A DNA stretch of 64,000 nucleotides from Chitinivibrionales bacterium (GTDB lineage: Bacteria; Fibrobacterota; Chitinivibrionia; Chitinivibrionales; WJKA01): the NCBI GenBank assembly GCA_038247415.1, contig JBBRUX010000001.1, positions 32,001 to 96,000 of the forward strand. Reading direction: 5' to 3'. A program made the translations under genes and the position numbers. The notes beneath the pieces are model-generated. The model had not been told where the DNA came from. It worked only from the letters and a program-made list of their open reading frames with translations, and searched no databases. This document shows positions 30,638-38,553 of the stretch, in pieces (positions within the stretch are counted from its first letter, which is position 1; each line of letters opens with the position of its first letter).

Positions 30638-30949
30638 TTAACGCGAAATAACATCGATAAAAGTTATACCAATAAAAACAGCTAACGTAACCATGGTTAT
30701 AGGCATTATCAGTTTAACCAGGAGCCTATCCTCATGTCGTAAATGCATAAAATATAAAAGGACGAGCGTACACTGAATTGCTGCAATTGCAAGGCTCACA
30801 ATGATCGTGAAACCATTATGAATAACAGATGCGCTGCCAACAGAAATAAGCGTAAGCAGTAATAATGCAACCCAAATCAACACATGTTGACGTGTTTCAT
30901 GATGATTCGCTTCTGTTTTTGGGACGGCCTCGTGTGTTTCTTGGCTCAA
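30638..30949 (-). CDS. Cytochrome c oxidase subunit IV family
   Basis: Three TMs, YFMHLRHE motif, operon position. Confidence 0.9.
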   Translation of the reverse strand: MSQETHEAVPKTEANHHETRQHVLIWVALLLLTLISVGSASVIHNGFTIIVSLAIAAIQCTLVLLYFMHLRHEDRLLVKLIMPITMVTLAVFIGITFIDVISR

Positions 30950-30958
30950 ATTTTATCC

Positions 30959-31558
30959 CTATGAAATAAGGTAAAAAAGCGGAAAAAGAAAGATCCAAAT
31001 GAGTTCGACAAGATTCCAGTACAAACCAGAATTCACAAGAAATCCTGGATTATGAGGTGTAATTTTGTTGCGCTTAACCTGAAAAAGCACAAAGGTAAGG
31101 AGCCCAATTCCAACAAGCACATGCACAGCATGCAAACCTGTCATGGCAAAATAGAGACCAAAATAAAGCATCTCCCCCTTAGGTTTACCTGCGAGAATTG
31201 CCGAATTTGGATATAACCCATGCTCAAATTTTGCAGCCCATTCAAACCCTTTAACAATAATAAAGGCAATTGCCAAAACAACTGAAGACGAAAGCAGGAC
31301 CATTGTTTTCTTGATCTGACTTTTTCGTATCGCCAATGACGCAAGCGCAACGGCAAGACTGCTTGTCAATAGAATAAAGGTATTGACCGTCCCCATCACT
31401 TTAGAGAGTTCAAGTGATGCTGTATGAAACTCAATCGGGTTCTTAAATCGATACATAGAATACATAAGAAACAATCCCCCAAAGAGGACAATTTCTGTGG
31501 CGATAAAAAGCCACATACCAATTCGATCGGCATTGTGATCTGAGTGTACGCTACTCAT
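30959..31558 (-). CDS. coxC: Cytochrome c oxidase subunit III
   Basis: GMWLFIATEIVLFGGLF, NTFILLTSS, TGLHAVHV, GLYW. Confidence 0.95.
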   Translation of the reverse strand: MSSVHSDHNADRIGMWLFIATEIVLFGGLFLMYSMYRFKNPIEFHTASLELSKVMGTVNTFILLTSSLAVALASLAIRKSQIKKTMVLLSSSVVLAIAFIIVKGFEWAAKFEHGLYPNSAILAGKPKGEMLYFGLYFAMTGLHAVHVLVGIGLLTFVLFQVKRNKITPHNPGFLVNSGLYWNLVELIWIFLFPLFYLIS

Positions 31559-33183
31559 GCACTATCCTTTAGCGAACTAAAATCATAGGGACCTTTTGTA
31601 ATAATCGGAACTTCTCTAAAGTTTTCAGTTTCGGGAGGGGAAGGAAGACTCCATTCGAGGGTAGTTCCACCCCAAGGATTTGGGCCACATTTTTTGCCAG
31701 AAAAAGCCCCCTTTACAAGATTTGCAATCATCATTAATAGTCCAGCCACCATGATAAAGGATCCGATACTGACCAGTTGTTGCATGGCCATATATTCAGG
31801 TGGAGTATCATAAAAACGTCGCGGCATTCCCATCCAGCCCATAATAAACATGGGGAAATAAAACAGATTGAACCCGCAAAAAAGAATTACCCATGAGACA
31901 ATCGAAAAAGGCTTGTTATACATTCTTCCCGTCATTTTTGGAAGCCAGTAATGAAACCCGGCAAACATTCCAAAGCCCATGCCCCCGAAAATGACATAAT
32001 GAAAATGGCTTACTACAAAGTACGTATTGTGAAGATGAACGTTAGCTGAGAGCGCACCAAGCAGAAGACCTGTTAAACCACCGATAGTAAACAAAAAGAT
32101 AAAAGAGAGTGCATATAAAAAAGGTGGTTCTACTTGAATAGAACCTTTATACATGGTTGCCAACCAATTAAACACCTTGATTGCACTGGGCACTGCTACA
32201 AGAAATGTCAACAAGGAAAAGACAATTCCAGCAAGATCGCTCTGACCACTCACATACATGTGGTGCCCCCACACAAGAGATCCAACACTTGCGATAGCCA
32301 TGCTCGAAAAAGCGATCATTTTGTATCCGTAAATATTCTTGCGAGAAAACACAGGAAAAATATCCGAAATAACGCCCATGGCAGGCAATATCATAATGTA
32401 AACTGCTGGGTGCGAATAAATCCAAAAGAGATGCTGGTATAAAAGTGGATCTCCACCTTTTGAGGGATCAAATACCCCTATGCCAAACAATCGTTCCATA
32501 ATTACCAAAAGCAAAGTAACTCCGATAACCGGAGTAGCAAGAATCTGAACCCATGCCGTAGAATAAAATCCCCACACAGATAAAGGCATTTTAAAAAAAG
32601 TCATACCTGGAGCGCGTAACTGATGAACAGTCGTAACTATATTGATACCCGTTAGAATAGAAGACATACCGAGAATAAAAACTGCAAATACTGCTAAAGG
32701 AACATTGACCGTTGACTTAAGGCTAAAAGGCACATAAAAAGTCCAACCAGTATCAACGGCCCCGCCGCCAAAAAAAACCGATACTAAGGCTAAAATTGCC
32801 CCAATTGTATAGAGCCACCAGGTAAAGAGATTAAGCCGAGGAAATGACATATCTTTTGCGCCAATAAGAAGCGGGAGAAAAAAATTGCCAAATATTGCCG
32901 GGACCGCTGGAATGACAACCAAGAAAATCTGGATTATTCCATGTAAAGTAAACATAGCATTATATTGCTGGCCTGTCATAATTTTATGCCCGGGGAGCAT
33001 ATTAATGCGCATCAGCACACCAAGCAAAACGCCTGCTAGAAAAAACGTCAAGATGCCATATAAATAGAGCATGGCAATACGTTTATGATCTGGAGAAAAA
33101 ATCCATCCAAAAATTCCAGGATATTTTCCTTTGCTAGCATAATAGGGAACATAAGGCTGTTCGGTAACCTCTGCAGTAGTCAT
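31555..33183 (-). CDS. coxA: Heme-copper oxidase subunit I, type A2
   Basis: DHKRI, TLHG, DMSFPRLN, GWTFY, WIYSHPAVY (YS motif), WGHH, HFHY, MPRR. Confidence 0.98.
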   Translation of the reverse strand: MTTAEVTEQPYVPYYASKGKYPGIFGWIFSPDHKRIAMLYLYGILTFFLAGVLLGVLMRINMLPGHKIMTGQQYNAMFTLHGIIQIFLVVIPAVPAIFGNFFLPLLIGAKDMSFPRLNLFTWWLYTIGAILALVSVFFGGGAVDTGWTFYVPFSLKSTVNVPLAVFAVFILGMSSILTGINIVTTVHQLRAPGMTFFKMPLSVWGFYSTAWVQILATPVIGVTLLLVIMERLFGIGVFDPSKGGDPLLYQHLFWIYSHPAVYIMILPAMGVISDIFPVFSRKNIYGYKMIAFSSMAIASVGSLVWGHHMYVSGQSDLAGIVFSLLTFLVAVPSAIKVFNWLATMYKGSIQVEPPFLYALSFIFLFTIGGLTGLLLGALSANVHLHNTYFVVSHFHYVIFGGMGFGMFAGFHYWLPKMTGRMYNKPFSIVSWVILFCGFNLFYFPMFIMGWMGMPRRFYDTPPEYMAMQQLVSIGSFIMVAGLLMMIANLVKGAFSGKKCGPNPWGGTTLEWSLPSPPETENFREVPIITKGPYDFSSLKDSA

Positions 33184-34070
33184 GAAGGTGCTCCTCGTTT
33201 GCGACGGGATCGGGTAGAAAGGACAAGATACAGTACAAATGAACCAATCAAACTAAAAACAACAACAGCGCTCACGCGCAAAATTTTAAATACATACTGG
33301 CGGCTTTTAGGGTCGTAGCTAAAACAGAGCCGCAATACACGAGCAATGGTCGGCTGTACCGTTCCAGAAGTGGCTTCCATAAGAGACATTTTTATATCCA
33401 TGGGAAGATAGTCGGAGCCCATGATATATCGAACTACTTTACCTTTGGGAGATATAACTACAAGTGCCATAGGATGCACAATCTCGCCTTGCTTTCTTGC
33501 AAATCGGTACCCTATAGCATTAGAGATGCTCCTAATTTGTTCCGTTGATCCACATAAAAAAGTCCAGCGATCCTTAGGATAGGGAACTTGAAGTACAGCA
33601 AAAGCCATTTCTTTTGCCGTGCGGGCATCGGCAGGCCGATCGTTTTCGTCAACCGAAATCGTAATTACATTGGGTGCAAGCGAGGAATCTTTCGCAAAAG
33701 AGCGTAAAGCATTTGCAAGGCCCATGGTAAGCATCGCACAAGCATCGGTACAATGATAATAAACCATGCACACTACTGTTGGCCCTTGTACAACATCACG
33801 CAAAGTGACTATTTTTCCCTCATCTGTTGTAAAGGAGCAATCGAGCGGAATAAAAGCACCAAGCTTAGGATCAACCCCCACAACCCCAGTATCGGGGAGC
33901 TGGGAAACCACTGCGGTCTTGGTAAGAAGCGATGAATCACCACTGCGATGTTCAACTCCGCCATGAGCCCATAAGCACGCACAAACAGAGAGCATAACAA
34001 GAGCACCTGCCGACTTGCGCTGAGGCATCTTGAGCGCCACCTGGTTTGATTTTTGTGAATTTTTCATCAT
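33180..34070 (-). CDS. SCO1/SenC family copper chaperone
   Basis: YYHCTDAC (CxxxC), IVHP, and the CFSYDP plus C-terminal TM typical of cox-operon SCO proteins. Confidence 0.9.
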   Translation of the reverse strand: MMKNSQKSNQVALKMPQRKSAGALVMLSVCACLWAHGGVEHRSGDSSLLTKTAVVSQLPDTGVVGVDPKLGAFIPLDCSFTTDEGKIVTLRDVVQGPTVVCMVYYHCTDACAMLTMGLANALRSFAKDSSLAPNVITISVDENDRPADARTAKEMAFAVLQVPYPKDRWTFLCGSTEQIRSISNAIGYRFARKQGEIVHPMALVVISPKGKVVRYIMGSDYLPMDIKMSLMEATSGTVQPTIARVLRLCFSYDPKSRQYVFKILRVSAVVVFSLIGSFVLYLVLSTRSRRKRGAPS

Positions 34071-34630
34071 TTTTGTGCAGGGACCACTGCAATTTTCGTG
34101 GTATCACGGGATATAAGGGTATCCTTAATTGTTTTTTTGGCATCGGTGAGAGCTGGTTTTTGCCCAGCAGAAACAGCCGATTTAGGTTTGGGCATTTCTA
34201 ATCCTCTACCATATATTATAGCCGCGCCAAAATAGCCCAGTCCAAGCATAGCTCCAAAAGCTATTACATATAATATGACCATAGACATGCTATGAAGTTT
34301 GATCTCGCTCCCTAAAATAATGCCTGCACCTAATACGATTAAGGCAACCGAAGCAAGCGCAATCTTGATTTTAATAGGAGTAAAGAGAGCTGCATGATAA
34401 AAATGAATCCAATCCATCACTCCAAAAAGAATAGTAGGTAATGCAAAAACGAGCGCTAAAATAGACGCATGGCGTGCAGTGAGAACAAGACTTTTTTTCT
34501 TAAAAACAATCGCCACAATAAAAAATATGAGGGCTCCAACGGTAAGACCAATCGGCATATGCGTGATAGGCGGATGTAACGGCTCATTAAACCCGTGGGT
34601 TGACAAAAACAGATACAGCGCATCAAGCAT
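34067..34630 (-). CDS. DUF2231-like membrane protein, first gene of the cox operon
   Basis: LHPPITHMPIG motif, four TMs, ATGA overlap with the SCO gene. Confidence 0.75.
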   Translation of the reverse strand: MLDALYLFLSTHGFNEPLHPPITHMPIGLTVGALIFFIVAIVFKKKSLVLTARHASILALVFALPTILFGVMDWIHFYHAALFTPIKIKIALASVALIVLGAGIILGSEIKLHSMSMVILYVIAFGAMLGLGYFGAAIIYGRGLEMPKPKSAVSAGQKPALTDAKKTIKDTLISRDTTKIAVVPAQK

Positions 34631-34846
34631 AGGGGCTCTCCTGGTATGAGACGTTAAAAAAGTAGTTTGTTACTCAATCTTAACCATTTTAGTGATAATT
34701 AAAATAGCGGTTCCAAGGCGTAATATCAAGAAAAGGAATATAAAAAGATTATGATGGAAAGGGCTCGGTGGCCCTTTATATCCAACGTGGAATATTATGA
34801 GATTAAACTGGAAAGGGCCAGGTGTCAAATAGAAGCATAAGCATAT

Positions 34847-35107
34847 GGGCGCATCCGGCAAAATGCCGGTCGGCCTTCCTTTTGGGCTCTCACTTTGTGA
34901 GCCGGCCTGTCAATCCCTGCGGCACTATGTGCCTGGGTCTCTCCAAACTGGTGGAATCACTCCGTTTCTCCACCACCCGCAAGGACGAGCGTACCGGCTC
35001 GCGAAGCGACGATGCATCTGAGTACACCTCTACGGGTGTTCCGCGGCGGCTCCCGACAGGGTGGAGCATGAAGGAGGCACGACGGCGCTCTGCACGCCGG
35101 CGTGCCC
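34847..35107. repeat. GC-rich, multi-hairpin element made of two related units in inverted orientation (REP/BIME- or MITE-like, or a structured ncRNA)
   Basis: Sharp GC jump against AT-rich flanks. Ends GGGCGC...GTGCCC can pair. Internal hairpins include CCGGC-aaaat-GCCGG, GGCAC-tat-GTGCC and GGCACGACGGCG..CGCCGGCGTGCC. Confidence 0.7.
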
Positions 35108-35134
35108 AAAATCCTCTGATTTTTATTATCTTTA

Positions 35135-37195
35135 TTATGGCCTCGGCCCCACCTCACTCATATCAAAATCCCTAAACCCCAATGCAAAGGCAGGCGACTG
35201 TGCGTTTAATCTAAAATCTCCTTTATCAGAATTTACAAATTGAGGATCTACAATTCTACTACCCTCATCAAATCCTCGTTTTTTCCAAGCTGCAAATGAA
35301 CCTTTTTCAAAAACCGGTCTCTTTTTTCTTCCAAAATAGCAATTATTTTTGAATGCTATAGTTTGTGGTCTGCAATTACCTTCCATAAATGAACCTTCGT
35401 GTCCGCCAACAACATCACCTTCTTCGAAGTAGAAAATATTTTTCTCGAAGATTGCCGTCAAGTGGTTTTCGCCACGAGTTTGCATAACCTGATACCCTTT
35501 TCCAAATGCAAAGATATTATTGCGAACCATGGTATTCCTACCAAAAGTCTGGTTAAACGGCGATGACGAAGTCCTGTAGACAATATTATTCTCTATGAGC
35601 ATATCGGTAGTACCTTCGTCGGGGTATATTCCCCATCCGCCATAACCTGCCGAATCGACATCGTAAATCCTATTATACCTGATGCGTGTGCCCGTCGACA
35701 CACCAAGCGTATAGATTGCTCCCATATCGGCAAGCTTGTGCATACCCACATCATGAATATGGTTATATTCAATAATATTTCCGCATGAACGTCTTTCGTC
35801 AAGATACCCCCAACACCAGCCCACCGAAATTGCCGAATAGCAAACATGGTGGATATGGTTATGAATGAATTTATTGGCGTCGCACTGTGCCCCTGCGATA
35901 ATGCCAATCCCTGAGGGGAATATTTCACCAAGATAGGAGATCTCGCAATCGGAAACAGTATTTCTATGGCACTGGTGCCAGATTTTAACGCCACCTGCAC
36001 CCATGTGCGTAAATTCGCAGTGATGCACCACAATGTCGTGCGCACCGCTTCTCATGTCAATTCCATAATTGGCACTATGGGAAAATGAACAGTGTGAGAA
36101 CGTGCAATCGGAAGCTCCATGAATCATGATCATACCATCTGTTTCGGGCATTCCCTGACCGCGTTCTTTACCTGTCATGTCAGCAGGCAGCCGCCATTCA
36201 TTATGGGCGAATGAAATTCCTTCAAAATCAATTGCTCCAACGGGATCCTGAGGCTTTTGTGGGTCGCCAATTTCAACAAGTACGGGTAACCGGGGGGCAA
36301 TAATATGGGAATTCTTGAGAGTTTCATGTGCACACGGCAAATAATACAGATTTCCTGCAGGTCGATCCAGATACCACTGCCCAGGTTCAGAAAGTGCTTC
36401 CCATGCATTATCTATATAATAGCGGAATGGTTTACACAGCGGGCCGTCAAAGAAATGATACTGCGCTCTTCGGGCAATATCAATACGTTTTTTCTTTGTG
36501 TCGTGCGCGGTAAGTGCAATATGATCATCGACCCAATTATAAACCGGTACGAGCTCCACATCGGTCAGATTCTTGAAGTCGGGGAATTCATCATGTTCAT
36601 AATAAAAGCGATTCTGACCAACATTCCAGGCTTTGCTCATTTCTGATTCATCGATTTTCCAAAATGTAAATGCGTCGGTAGCCGGGATACGGGGGCGGCT
36701 TCTTCGAGATCCATTCACATACAACTGAGAAAAGTTCCAATTCCCTTTTTTTACATCGGGCAATTGCGCACACCAGGCCCGCTTTCCCTTATGTTCGATT
36801 TCCCGAAAGCCACTTATTAGGACACCTCCGCTTATGACAGGCGTTGTTCCCGGAAGCGCCTTGAATGAAACCGGCTTGCGGCTCTTTAGGTGCTTGTACG
36901 CCTGCATTTTAGCCTGTTGTCCACTATTTTTACTTTTGAATTGTATGGTTTTATCAAGAAAATGCAGCCCATCATCAAGAATTATTTCAATAGGTTTTGT
37001 GATGCCGTGTGTTGATGCGCACGAATTAACCTCTTGCAGTGCTCGCTTGATAGTTGCAAATGGCCCTTTGCGAGATCCTTTGATTTGTTTTGATGAATCG
37101 CCCGTTGCAGAATCGTTGCCCTTTTGGGAAACGTAGACACAAAGTGGTGTTGCAACGGATGATCCTGTAGCAGCTTTTTTTGGGGCAAGAGCCAT
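35135..37195 (-). CDS. Right-handed parallel beta-helix protein (GH141-like)
   Basis: YVSQKGND, GPFATIKRA, QLYVNG, PGQWYLD, DMGAIYTLG, GWGIYPDEG, DPQFVN...GDFRL. Confidence 0.85.
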   Translation of the reverse strand: MALAPKKAATGSSVATPLCVYVSQKGNDSATGDSSKQIKGSRKGPFATIKRALQEVNSCASTHGITKPIEIILDDGLHFLDKTIQFKSKNSGQQAKMQAYKHLKSRKPVSFKALPGTTPVISGGVLISGFREIEHKGKRAWCAQLPDVKKGNWNFSQLYVNGSRRSRPRIPATDAFTFWKIDESEMSKAWNVGQNRFYYEHDEFPDFKNLTDVELVPVYNWVDDHIALTAHDTKKKRIDIARRAQYHFFDGPLCKPFRYYIDNAWEALSEPGQWYLDRPAGNLYYLPCAHETLKNSHIIAPRLPVLVEIGDPQKPQDPVGAIDFEGISFAHNEWRLPADMTGKERGQGMPETDGMIMIHGASDCTFSHCSFSHSANYGIDMRSGAHDIVVHHCEFTHMGAGGVKIWHQCHRNTVSDCEISYLGEIFPSGIGIIAGAQCDANKFIHNHIHHVCYSAISVGWCWGYLDERRSCGNIIEYNHIHDVGMHKLADMGAIYTLGVSTGTRIRYNRIYDVDSAGYGGWGIYPDEGTTDMLIENNIVYRTSSSPFNQTFGRNTMVRNNIFAFGKGYQVMQTRGENHLTAIFEKNIFYFEEGDVVGGHEGSFMEGNCRPQTIAFKNNCYFGRKKRPVFEKGSFAAWKKRGFDEGSRIVDPQFVNSDKGDFRLNAQSPAFALGFRDFDMSEVGPRP

Positions 37196-37265
37196 GAGAA
37201 CTCCAGGTTATATAGTTCGGATTTGGTTCGGTTATTTCCACCATAGCATTCTAAATGCACGGTTA

Positions 37266-37294
37266 AAAATATCCTATCTATTTTTTTAATGCAA
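37266..37294 (-). promoter_or_regulatory. Putative sigma70-type promoter of the GH141-like gene
   Basis: TTGCAT-N17-TATTTT on the minus strand, about 70 nt upstream of ATG 37195. Confidence 0.5.
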
Positions 37295-37357
37295 GAAAAA
37301 CGTTATAGCTTAATTTTGTAGCGCCAGATCTGTTTTATGCAGATTATGGAAGGAAGG

Positions 37358-37386
37358 AAAAGCCCCTCATTGAATGAGGGGCTTTT
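37358..37386. terminator. Intrinsic terminator after the 37405-38163 gene
   Basis: AAAAGCCCCTCATT-g-AATGAGGGGCTTTT perfect inverted repeat. Confidence 0.85.
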
Positions 37387-37404
37387 ATCGGGGTTCTTAA
37401 GATT

Positions 37405-38163
37405 TTATAGCCCGAACAAACTTTCAGGTGTTAATTTAAGAAAGGGTACATTGCTAATAGATTTAAATGTGCCAGTAGAATTTGCACCTATAAATGCTAA
37501 AAACCAGTCTGGACTGTCTACGCCTGATTCGGGACAACTAGTTGGGTCACTTAAAATATCACATATAGCGGCTGCATTCGCAGGACTGCTACTTGACCAC
37601 CTCAGCGCCCCCGTTGAAGTTATTGTCAATGTGACCACTTCTTTGGTTGTAACTCCGGAAAATGTCATCCGATCGGGCATCGAGGTGTCTATTACAACCC
37701 CTGGACTTGCAAGATCCATAAATTCATATTTAGCTACTGCTAAAACCATTAAAGGTTTCACATAATAATCTATCGTAGCTGTTGAAATTATCATTTTTCC
37801 AGTATCGCCAGATTCTTGTACCATCCACGTCCCCTGTAGACCAGCCCCATTACCAATTCGCACATATGCCGTAGTATCATATGGATTTGTAGAAGTATCA
37901 ATATCGAAGAGCGAATCATTCTTTATTGTGAATATCGATTTTGTGGTATCGGTATACGACACCAGAATACTATCAGTGCATTTCTGCCTCGATTGCAATA
38001 CGGTTAATTGGTTGGTTCCAGTAACAGAATACGTAAGCGCCATGAGCTTAAAATAGCCTGGTTGAGTTTGGCTATTCCCTCCTGTACCAGTAGTTTTATC
38101 AAAACATTGCGATAACAATACTGCACCACATGCTACAACTGGCAAAAAATGTTTAAGAGACAT
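37405..38163 (-). CDS. Hypothetical lipoprotein
   Basis: GGAGG RBS; signal ending LLSQC followed by a Gly/Thr linker; Thr/Ser-rich beta composition. Confidence 0.7.
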   Translation of the reverse strand: MSLKHFLPVVACGAVLLSQCFDKTTGTGGNSQTQPGYFKLMALTYSVTGTNQLTVLQSRQKCTDSILVSYTDTTKSIFTIKNDSLFDIDTSTNPYDTTAYVRIGNGAGLQGTWMVQESGDTGKMIISTATIDYYVKPLMVLAVAKYEFMDLASPGVVIDTSMPDRMTFSGVTTKEVVTLTITSTGALRWSSSSPANAAAICDILSDPTSCPESGVDSPDWFLAFIGANSTGTFKSISNVPFLKLTPESLFGL

Positions 38164-38553
38164 GCATCATCCTCCGCTACGTTAAAATTTGGAAAATAAT
38201 TTAATCTACATTATACTGTTCCCCACGTGCAAATTTGCAGAGCGCAAAATGAGCCTTCGGAAAAAATTGTCAATCTTATCCATTAGAAATGTACCTCGTT
38301 TTGCAGGAAAATCATCTAAAATTCCATATTCAATCATTCTCCCCAAACTCTTTTTAGAAGAGTCGCTTAAAGATCAGTTAAGCCCCTTGTTGAAATTCTT
38401 GTTCAACAGAATATCGATTACTTACGCGCTTAAACCGGTCACCAGTAGCTTAAAATCAACAATTGTCCTACATAGTTAAAATTTAGTGCTATACTATAAT
38501 AATGCAATCATAAAGTTTTGGATCCTACTTAAACGTGTAATCAGGAGTTTTTC

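Noticed and set aside
34847..35107. Known ribozyme, riboswitch, tmRNA, RNase P or group II intron end
   Set aside because: I could not find the hallmark motifs by eye (hammerhead CUGANGA/GAAA, RNase P GAGGAAAGUCC, intron domain V). An Rfam scan is still needed.
34822..35243. Short ORFs over the GC-rich element
   Set aside because: No recognisable motifs; the open frames are explained by high GC and palindromy, and some overlap the GH141-like gene.
38189..38479. 96-aa ORF in the divergent intergenic region
   Set aside because: TTG start, no clear RBS, no motifs, and AT-rich promoter-like DNA.
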